In this document: positions 39,601 to 47,800 of the stretch, piece after piece
Numbering within the stretch: the stretch's first letter is position 1
Layout of the letters: the number at the start of each line of letters is the position of its first letter
DNA from: a virus
Lineage: Duplodnaviria; Caudoviricetes
Virus record (IMG/VR): IMGVR_UViG_3300043423_000073
Coordinates: 1-64,000 of that record
Strand: one strand, 5' to 3'
Length of the DNA stretch: 64,000 nt
Translations under genes and position numbers: made by a program
The notes under the pieces: generated by a model
Told to the model about the DNA's origin: nothing
The model's input: the letters and a program-made list of their open reading frames with translations, nothing else
The model's database searches: none

Positions 39601-40656
39601 TTAGACGCGCTGGCCTTTGGCGACAGAACGGCTGTTGGCAACGGACACGGCCAAGCTTTCCTCGATCACGAAACCGCGACCTGGGACCAACTCGTGGCTA
39701 ATGTCGATCGGTGTCGACTTCAGGCCACCGCGGTCGGAGTACGCGCCGTGGTTCAGTGCGTCAGAGATGACGTAGAACTCACCTGCGCCCAACACCTTGT
39801 GCTCTGGGTGACGGAAGGCATCAGAAGTGATGGTCATGCCGTACATGGTGGCCAGCTCGCCGGTCAACAACAACTCGTGGCGGGCAACTGGATCAATCGC
39901 CTGATAGAAGTCGCTGTTGCCGATGATGTCTTGCCACATATCGGAAGCCATCAACAAGTGAGCACCTTTCAGGCCCCACGCGGTGACCTTGCCCACCACA
40001 GTCATCAAACTGTAAGGGGTCAATTGGCCAGACACAACGGTCAGAGGGTTGTCCACACCAACCAAGGCGTTCACCTGGTTGTACCACACGCGGTCTTCTG
40101 CAACCATAGTTGCTTCAACACCTTCAATGAACTTTTCCTGCAACACGTCGCCGCTGGATTGGTTCAGTTCGTTGGTGGGCACGAATGGGCGAGCCACAAC
40201 CTGGAACTCAGGAGGAGTGAAGTACTTGTCACGGATGAGCTGCGACTGGATCTTGGTTGGGGAAGTGCTCCACACGGCAGTCACGTTCTTGGTACGCAAC
40301 TGGAAGCGAGGGACACTGCCTTGGGCCACGTCGATCTTGGCCAGGTACTTGCGCATGAAACCTTGACGGTTTGCGGTAATGTACAAGGCGTCGGAAATCT
40401 TCTCACCCAAGACACGGTGTGCGTCCTTGTCGTTGAAGGCGGCAGCCACCAGCTCGCGGCCAGTAGTTGCGTCAACGTTCAACATCACGCCTTGCGAGGA
40501 GGCCTGCAAGAAACGCTGTTGCTGAGTGAGCAGGTCTTTCTTGCTCGATGCGTTCAGTTCGCCATTACGGCCAACCAAAGACGAGCCGTCGACGGCTTTC
40601 AGGTCATGGGCGAGAACTGGTGCTTTGCCAGCACGAAGCATGATTGCTTTGGTCAT
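39601..40656 (-). CDS. major capsid protein
   Basis: 351 aa; protease-scaffold-X-MCP gene order; HK97-like pattern (..EDR.WY.., TGEL..MYG..I..D); highly biased codon usage; followed by a hairpin. Confidence 0.75.
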   Translation of the reverse strand: MTKAIMLRAGKAPVLAHDLKAVDGSSLVGRNGELNASSKKDLLTQQQRFLQASSQGVMLNVDATTGRELVAAAFNDKDAHRVLGEKISDALYITANRQGFMRKYLAKIDVAQGSVPRFQLRTKNVTAVWSTSPTKIQSQLIRDKYFTPPEFQVVARPFVPTNELNQSSGDVLQEKFIEGVEATMVAEDRVWYNQVNALVGVDNPLTVVSGQLTPYSLMTVVGKVTAWGLKGAHLLMASDMWQDIIGNSDFYQAIDPVARHELLLTGELATMYGMTITSDAFRHPEHKVLGAGEFYVISDALNHGAYSDRGGLKSTPIDISHELVPGRGFVIEESLAVSVANSRSVAKGQRV

Positions 40657-40668
40657 CTGTTTCTCCTA

Positions 40669-41346
40669 TTAGGCGGCAGTGAAGGAGATGCCCAAGAAAG
40701 GCACTTCCTGCGAAGGCAGAGCAACAACGTAGCCGTCAATTGCTGCACCGGTGCCGGCTTGGTTTGTGATCTGGCCGTTGGCGGCCAACTTGATTGCGGT
40801 TGCTGCGGACCAGTCAACTGCGGCGTTGAACTCCGAGGTGTAGATGATGCCGCGCTTGGCAACACCGATCTGGCTCAGGTAATCACCGACGTAGCCACCT
40901 GGCTGCACGTCACCTTGAATGTTGCGAGCTTGCAAGGCAGTCAAGGCGTAGCGGTAGGTGACCGACACTTCGTGCGTTGCGGTCAACCCAGTGACTTCAC
41001 CGCTGGCGTTCACACTGGGGGTAGCCACTGCAGCGCCGGTGGTCTTGTTGAACACAAAAACCTGGCCGGTGATGGGAACAAAGTTCAAGCGAACCTTGCC
41101 GCTGGAGGGGACAACAAAGTCCTCAACCTTAGCAGCGTAGTCTGCGCCGAACGGCGCGGCGGAGGTACCGGCCAAGGAAAAGCCGACAAAGATTTCCGAA
41201 CCGTTGGCCGCCATGGAGGGCATAACACCTTCATGAACAGCACCAGGTGCGCGCACAAGCGCCAAACCTTCGGCGCGGATCAGAGCGCCGGGGGCCTGAA
41301 CGGCTTCACCAGAGTCCTGGATTTTCGAGAGAGGCAAGTAAAGCAT
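40669..41346 (-). CDS. capsid-associated (decoration/minor capsid) protein
   Basis: Immediately upstream of MCP; G..V..P....FLG C-terminus. Confidence 0.6.
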   Translation of the reverse strand: MLYLPLSKIQDSGEAVQAPGALIRAEGLALVRAPGAVHEGVMPSMAANGSEIFVGFSLAGTSAAPFGADYAAKVEDFVVPSSGKVRLNFVPITGQVFVFNKTTGAAVATPSVNASGEVTGLTATHEVSVTYRYALTALQARNIQGDVQPGGYVGDYLSQIGVAKRGIIYTSEFNAAVDWSAATAIKLAANGQITNQAGTGAAIDGYVVALPSQEVPFLGISFTAA

Positions 41347-41355
41347 AGTTGCTCC

Positions 41356-42681
41356 TTAGATTAACGATTGGCTACCTGCCAGAATTGCTCGTGCAACGCT
41401 CGCAGGGGAACCATCTTGGGTTTTCGACTGCAGCAAGACTGCGCGTCGGGCGGGATTTGTGAGGGCAGCCGTGACCGAGGTCGTTGCCGACAAAGGCACA
41501 AGCTCATCTTCGTTTTCGTCAAACTCAGCGTCGACGTCAGTCAACCCATCGTCCAACTCAACTTCTTCTGAAACCATGTCGAGTGCCGACACGTAACCGT
41601 CACGGGCTTCTTCCGACATAGCGGCAAGGCGCTGAGCCAGAGTAACCATAGAGCGGCTGTAGTCAACACCGTGCTTTGCAAAGATCGATGTGACCAAACG
41701 ATCTGCATTGCGGAAGCCTGCGTGAGACAACTCGTTAACCAAGGCTGCTTTCAGGGGGTTCTGCACACCCTTGAAATAGTTGGTGTTGATACCAACTGCG
41801 GCGATAGCCAAAGATTGTTCAAGCGCTGCCTGCTGCTGCTTAGACGCGGTAAGGTGTTTCGCAGTCGCGGCCTGCACTTTTGATGCGACCAACTTTGCGG
41901 TAACCTTAGCGGCTTTCAGCTTCACGCGGGACAATTGCAAACCTGCTTGCAGGAGGCCTTTGCGGAGACCGGACTGCTCAACGTTTGCAACAATAGCGTC
42001 GTGGAACACTTGTTGTTGGTAAATGTCGGAAGCATTTGCTTTGCGTGCTGCGGCAGGGCCCATCGAGGCAATGATGCGGTTCGAACGAATCACGTGCAGA
42101 GCGTTGGCGCTGCAAGCAAAGTTCAACTCCTCACCGTCGACGTCGTCAGGCACTTCGTCCACGTCAACCAACGCGAGAGTTTCTTCCAGCGAGGTGTCTT
42201 CAAAGTCGGCCGCGTCGTCGTTGGCCTCAAGCTCAGCGTCGTCGTCGCTGTCTTCCAGTTCAGGCAGTTCCTCGGCGGTCAGTGCTTCAAACTCATCGCC
42301 TGTATCCAACACGTCGGTGTCAGTTGCAATGTCGTCCGAGAACTCGTCAAACTCGTCTTCGTCTGCGCCCGCCAAGGTAGGCACGTCGATGACAGGCATA
42401 CCGTCTTCGGTGTCCAGGTAGTTTTCACCTGGGTTCAAGTCGCCGTGTGTACGCAATGGGCCGTCCATTTCTTCGTCCACTACTAGCGAGTTTGCTGCAA
42501 CACGCTTGGGGCCTTTGTATTTCAAATCGTTGGTGGAGTGCGTGTAGCCGCTAGTTCGATCTTGTGGATCGATCAGCAGGTCCGCGCTCTGCAGATTCAA
42601 AAGACGTTGGTCCGAGCGCAGTGCGCGCTGGTCGGGAGTGTCACCCGAGTGCAGCGCGGAGCCTGCTAAAATCTTCGGCAT
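41356..42681 (-). CDS. prohead scaffold/core protein
   Basis: Very acidic central tract, helical, between protease and capsid genes. Confidence 0.6.
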   Translation of the reverse strand: MPKILAGSALHSGDTPDQRALRSDQRLLNLQSADLLIDPQDRTSGYTHSTNDLKYKGPKRVAANSLVVDEEMDGPLRTHGDLNPGENYLDTEDGMPVIDVPTLAGADEDEFDEFSDDIATDTDVLDTGDEFEALTAEELPELEDSDDDAELEANDDAADFEDTSLEETLALVDVDEVPDDVDGEELNFACSANALHVIRSNRIIASMGPAAARKANASDIYQQQVFHDAIVANVEQSGLRKGLLQAGLQLSRVKLKAAKVTAKLVASKVQAATAKHLTASKQQQAALEQSLAIAAVGINTNYFKGVQNPLKAALVNELSHAGFRNADRLVTSIFAKHGVDYSRSMVTLAQRLAAMSEEARDGYVSALDMVSEEVELDDGLTDVDAEFDENEDELVPLSATTSVTAALTNPARRAVLLQSKTQDGSPASVARAILAGSQSLI

Positions 42682-42757
42682 AGTCTTCTCCTATTTGATA
42701 AACAAGGCGTAGGCTAAAGGAACCTAAAACGCCTCACGGGTGAGTTTTACCTCTACC

Positions 42758-42767
42758 ATAAAATTAG
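42758..42767 (-). promoter_or_regulatory. putative late promoter core CTAATTTTAT
   Basis: Upstream of the scaffold-capsid operon. Confidence 0.65.
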
Positions 42768-42797
42768 GGTGGTTTGATTTCCTAATCTTTCTGGTTT

Positions 42798-43265
42798 TCA
42801 GGCAAGGCCTTTTGCCTCGAAAGTGTCGATTGCCTTGTTGACAAAGGACTTGTACTTTGCCTGGTTGAACTTGCTGGCGCGGAACTCGTACGTCGTATTG
42901 AACCTGCCGAAGACTAAGGTGACGAAGCCAAGAGCGTCACCGGGCGTAAATTCAAACTCAAACGCAGCGTAAGAACCAGTCGTGTACCAGGTCACTTCAC
43001 CTGCAGACTGCTCGTGCGCCCGGTTGAACCCAAGATACGACTCCTTTTCAAACTCGACCTTACCCGTCATAGCTGCCGCGAAGCCAGCCTCGATTTCTTT
43101 GAGCGCCGCCGCCATTTCCTGCTTTGCGGCTTTGTACTCTCCCTTATAAACTTGCGCATCGGCATTACTTATGCGCACACCTGCTTTGAGCAAAGCCTCG
43201 CGGAAGGCTTTTGCATCGCCTTTGGCTGCGTTCAACTGAAGACGGGTTGCTGCTTGGAGTTTCAT
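42798..43265 (-). CDS. leader-tagged protein, paralog family member 4
   Basis: MKLQAATRLQLNAAKGDAKAF...FEAKGLA. Confidence 0.85.
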   Translation of the reverse strand: MKLQAATRLQLNAAKGDAKAFREALLKAGVRISNADAQVYKGEYKAAKQEMAAALKEIEAGFAAAMTGKVEFEKESYLGFNRAHEQSAGEVTWYTTGSYAAFEFEFTPGDALGFVTLVFGRFNTTYEFRASKFNQAKYKSFVNKAIDTFEAKGLA

Positions 43266-43283
43266 TTTGGTTTTTCCTTTGGT

Positions 43284-44027
43284 TTAACTTTGGAGGATAA
43301 CATCGCTTAGACAGGTTGTCCAAGCGGGCGTTTCTACGATGCTGTACTCTATCGGAGACAGACCGTAGGCATTCAGGTAAGCAAGTCGTGTCTTTCCCTC
43401 GTACTCGACAAACTTCCAATTCACCGACTTGGTGCTATGGATATGGCTGCAGTTGAGATTAGGATTGTCCGTAGACTCGTGGCCGCAGACAGAGCATCGA
43501 AAGAAGTCGGCAAGGCAGCCCATAGAGCCTGTGTTGATTTTCCTGTCCATTACCTTTTGGGCAAGCTCAGGGTCTTTGGTCTTCGACACTCCGATCAGTC
43601 CGTAAACTGCCCAGTGATTGCCGTCACCAAAGCCCTGAATACGACGAAACGACGTATCGAAGATAACGCCTTTGGCTTTCAACGGGTCTTCGTTGTCGTG
43701 CTCCTCATGCACAGGGCAACCCGCCCAGGCTTTGAAAACCTGTCGGTTCATAGGCGGTGGGCCAAACTTGACCAGCTCCTCTGTGGGGAAGCCGATGCCG
43801 TTCCTGTTAGGCAGGTTAGACGGACAGATCATGTGGTTAGTCACCACGTAGTCTTCAATTTGTCCTGGCAGGTTGTATGCCTTGGACGCAAAAGGCAGCC
43901 ATGACAGATCAAGCTTACCTGCAACGGCAACTTCTTTCTCCAAGTCCATCGGCTTGTCAAGCGTTGCCGACGACACCATTGGCGCCGTGCGAAGGACTTT
44001 TCTTTGATAGGCGGCAGGTACTCTCAT
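43284..44027 (-). CDS. prohead (capsid maturation) protease
   Basis: PNRNG..F; PVHEEHDN; GSMGC...CSVCG...C.H; IEYSIVETPA motifs. Confidence 0.75.
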   Translation of the reverse strand: MRVPAAYQRKVLRTAPMVSSATLDKPMDLEKEVAVAGKLDLSWLPFASKAYNLPGQIEDYVVTNHMICPSNLPNRNGIGFPTEELVKFGPPPMNRQVFKAWAGCPVHEEHDNEDPLKAKGVIFDTSFRRIQGFGDGNHWAVYGLIGVSKTKDPELAQKVMDRKINTGSMGCLADFFRCSVCGHESTDNPNLNCSHIHSTKSVNWKFVEYEGKTRLAYLNAYGLSPIEYSIVETPAWTTCLSDVILQS

Positions 44028-44401
44028 GTGGTCACCACGTAGGCTATTGCTGCGGTTTGAAAATTCAACCGCAGCGCAATCACAAAATGAGGCAAGGCCA
44101 GGAAGGCACCAGGTGCGGCTGTACCCATCAGCACCCAGTGGTCTCCAGAGTCATGCGACGGATTTAAGGCCAAGTCGGGGTCGGCTAGCGTCCCAAACAC
44201 TTGCACTGTACCGCCGCTTGCCTGAATGACAATGTCCGAGCCGCCTGAGTTTGCATAGTCGTTTGCGTTAAGGCGAGCAACGTCTCCTGCGGCACCAACA
44301 ACAGTTAGGTGACCGCAGAAGAGCTTATGCCGACCGACGCCCGACCCACTACGCACACTGACTTTGCCAGGTACTGCATTGGGTAGGACAGCGGCGCTCA
44401 C
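44024..44401 (-). CDS. hypothetical structural protein
   Basis: Coupled ORF in head operon. Confidence 0.55.
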   Translation of the reverse strand: MSAAVLPNAVPGKVSVRSGSGVGRHKLFCGHLTVVGAAGDVARLNANDYANSGGSDIVIQASGGTVQVFGTLADPDLALNPSHDSGDHWVLMGTAAPGAFLALPHFVIALRLNFQTAAIAYVVTT

Positions 44402-44880
44402 GATTGGTCGTCCTCAGGGTCGGCGTCAACCACCGTGCTCTCAACCACGCCGCTGTCGTCTGCGGGTTCTGCTGGTGCCGCGGGCGCCAAGACCTCTTCC
44501 GCAGGTGCTTCCACTGCGTCAGGGGCGGCAGGAGTGTCGATTTCGGCAGTGGCTTCGGTGGCCGCGGCAAGGGCGTCAGTGCCAACTTCGCCACCCACAA
44601 CCTCGCCTGCGCCAGTGCTGCCAACTTCCCCAACAACTCCGCCAACTTCAACTTCCCCCACAACTTCGCCTGCGTCGGCTTCGGTGGCAGCAGCCAAGGG
44701 CGCCTGAGGTGTGGGCGTGCCATCACCGTAGGGATCGTCGATCAGATCATCCATCTTTCGACCGTGGACTGCGAGCAGACCGCGCAGCTGAGTGAAGTCG
44801 CTGCCGGTGAGGTGGGGACCCTCGGAAGGTGTGCCACCACACTCGGTAATAAACTCTTTGGCTTTTGCGTAACTAGGCAT
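44398..44880 (-). CDS. acidic low-complexity protein
   Basis: RBS AAGGAG; GEVVGEV and APA repeats. Confidence 0.6.
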   Translation of the reverse strand: MPSYAKAKEFITECGGTPSEGPHLTGSDFTQLRGLLAVHGRKMDDLIDDPYGDGTPTPQAPLAAATEADAGEVVGEVEVGGVVGEVGSTGAGEVVGGEVGTDALAAATEATAEIDTPAAPDAVEAPAEEVLAPAAPAEPADDSGVVESTVVDADPEDDQS

Positions 44881-44891
44881 GATTGCTCCTT

Positions 44892-47800
44892 TTATTCAAC
44901 AATGAGGTCCAAGGTCGAATCCGACTTTGGCATTACTTTTCTAACAGAGCGGACTGCCTTGTTCAGCTCGTCTTTGTTAGACACGGTTACTCCCAGCAGC
45001 TCTAGGTCCTCCACCACCTTCTTTGCTGCATCGAGGCTGTTCACAAACATTGACACATTGTTCTCGACAATGTACCACATAGTCCCGGGCACCTTGTACT
45101 TGGGCGAAATGGCAAGACGGGTTGCTGGGAACGCCGCACCGTACGGCAAGCACAAGTATGCAATGCCGTAAGCTGGCGTAGTTCCTTCTTTCTCCGCCTT
45201 CTTGTTATTGCGAGGGTCAGACAGACCGCCGTCGGTAACAATACCAAAAATGTTCAGCATCATTTTGTCAGGCTGAGGCTTAAACATTTTCCGCATGTAG
45301 TTGGCAAAGGAGCCTGTGGTCCGCACATAGTGCTTCGCCGTTCTCAGCGCACCGGTTGCAAGCTCTTGGGCCAGCAACGCCAAGCTGTCATTGTCCACTT
45401 CCTTCGTGGTGTTAAACCCGGCCTCGGCCCAAACACGCGCCTGCTTAATGAGGTGAGCATGATTTCGCAACCGTGTCTCTACATAAGGCTGGTCGTATTT
45501 GAAACCCACAGACTGAAGAGCCGCAATAGCATCTTTGTCACCGTCATCATAAGCGATACGCATGTAACCGTTAACGATGCTAAGGTGCAGACCAACCGAC
45601 ATAGCAGCTTTCTGCTTTTTCTTAGCTTTTGCATTACGCCTTTCTTCCTCTTTGCGTACCGCCTCTTGCTCTAACCGCTCCTTCTTGGTCAAGGGGCGCA
45701 GCTTCACAATAGGTGCAGGCACGGTGATTTCGCCAGTGACTGGGAGCCCTGCGGCCTTGGCCAGCTTGTTGCGCATGTCCACGCTGTTGGTCTCCTTGCG
45801 TGTCACCACGAACACTTTGGTGGCCCAACCTTGCGAGATCAAACTTCCGTCATCCAGCCGTACAGTGACGCGGTCGACACCCACAGACTTGCTACGACTA
45901 CCGCCACCGATAATCACGCCATCGCCGACCTCAGTGTGGCAGCGCATACCGACAATCTTAGCAAGCTGGGCCTGCACCAATGCGTCGTCTTTGCCGCCGC
46001 CGCCGTCCCCCTCGTCTGCGGAGTCGTCCTCGTCGGAGACGTCAACAACGTCATTGCCAAGGTAGTTATCCAATCGCACCAAGCCGAGTTCTTCCTTGGA
46101 GTAAAGGTCGGTGCCTTTTGCGTAGGGCACGCGGGACAAAAGCGCACACTCAGGAGGAGTTGGTGCTCGCTTAATGTTGGTGAGCTTGAACCCGCCCTGC
46201 TCTTCAATCTCCTTGCGATACGCGGCATAGTCGTCTTTGATAACGCGATTCAGCAAAGACATGCTGTCTTGGTACTGCTTAATGTTGCTATCAAAGTCAT
46301 TCATTGTGCGAATGTTATCCAGCGTCATCTTGAACACTGGGATATCCGGGATAGCCTGGTAGGCCTCATCCGTAGGGTTCTCAAACTTGGCAACTGCAAG
46401 CATCTTTGCACGAAGGCGTGCAGCTTTCGTAACGTCGATAGTTGCATCAGCGACGATTGTGTCGAACAACAGCATATCGCGCTTGTCACCGCCTTCACCA
46501 AACTTGGGACGCTCGACTCGCGAGTCACCCTGCTCTTGCTCGCCAGGATTCCAACAACCTTCGACACGAATGAGGTAGCCAGCTGCTTGCAAGTTTAACC
46601 CCACCTCCATAGAGTGGCGAATACCAATCATCCAGCGCACCTTAGGATTGGTCTTAAACTTGTTGATAAGACTTACCTTGTCGCCGGCCTCGTACATGAG
46701 ACCCTGAGCGCGAAGGTCATCCGGCAGCTGTTCCCACAATGCCCGCACGGAAGGTTTCTGATTGGCAAACACAATGACTTTTGAGGTCTTTGTGCTCAAC
46801 CATTCACGAATACGCGCTTCGAGTTCGACGGCTTTGGGAGAGCGGAGATCATCACCGGTCAAAGGAGGGTGGCGGGTTTCCTGCCCTGTTTCCTCGTCAA
46901 CTCGCACCCAGCCGTTCATAGCGTAAGGGTGGTCGGCGGGGTTAGACACAAAACGCTCAAGCGCGGAAATGTGTGGCTGCAAAGCCGCACCAATGTCGTT
47001 GCTGTCGTCAAGCAAGTCCTCAACGGTATCGCCGGAGTCACCTGCCTCGTCGTCGCCTAAATCACCAAAGTCGTCTTCGTCCTGCTTCGACGCTTTCTTG
47101 CCTGTCAGCTTTTCCAGCAATGCGCGAGCTTTCTTGTCCTTGGACGCCTCAGCCTTTAACGAGGCCACCATGTCGTCAAACAGCGCATCGTAGCACTCAC
47201 GTTGGCGCGGCGTCAAAGTGACCTTAATCATGCGGTCAGTGCGAGGAGGCAAGGCCGCCGCCCATTCACGACGTTTTGCCGTACACCAAACCGCGTTCTG
47301 CTTAACCGTGCCCATGACGATACCGCCAGCGTTAGGCATCCAACGTGTAACCCGACCGGAGCCAGAGTATTTGATTTCTGGGTGAGCAAAGCGAGTGTTG
47401 AACTCTTCCTTGTCACCGACGATGGAGGGGTCAAGCAAGGCCAACTGACCAGGCAGGTCAGAAGGACTGTCGGGGCTTAACGTGCCAGTGGCAATGCGCT
47501 TTTTCGGAATTGCAGCAACCAAGGAGCGAACAGCAATGGAGGTGGCCGTCTTCAAGTTTTTCAGCATGTGCGACTCATCCATCATCGCGTAGCCGGGCTT
47601 GAACTTCCGAATCATCTCCACGACAGGGAACACGGTCACAGTGGCGGTGCCATAAACCGCGCTTTGCTGACCGTACTTTAACACGCCGTAGTCCACAACC
47701 AGCACCGTGTTGAGCGGGGCGGCTTCTAGGATCTGCTCATACCGAGCATAGCCCGAGCTCTTAATGTTGTCTGTGGTGAAGGGAATCACGTTGACCGAGC

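Noticed and set aside
39694-41364. 556-aa + strand ORF and many other long antisense ORFs (e.g. 36221-36883, 44404-45171, 20640-21452)
   Set aside because: Shadow frames opposite strongly codon-biased genes; no RBS or recognisable motifs.
28917-43265. Paralog family as a diversity-generating retroelement
   Set aside because: No reverse transcriptase in the window; differences are not adenine-specific and include indels.
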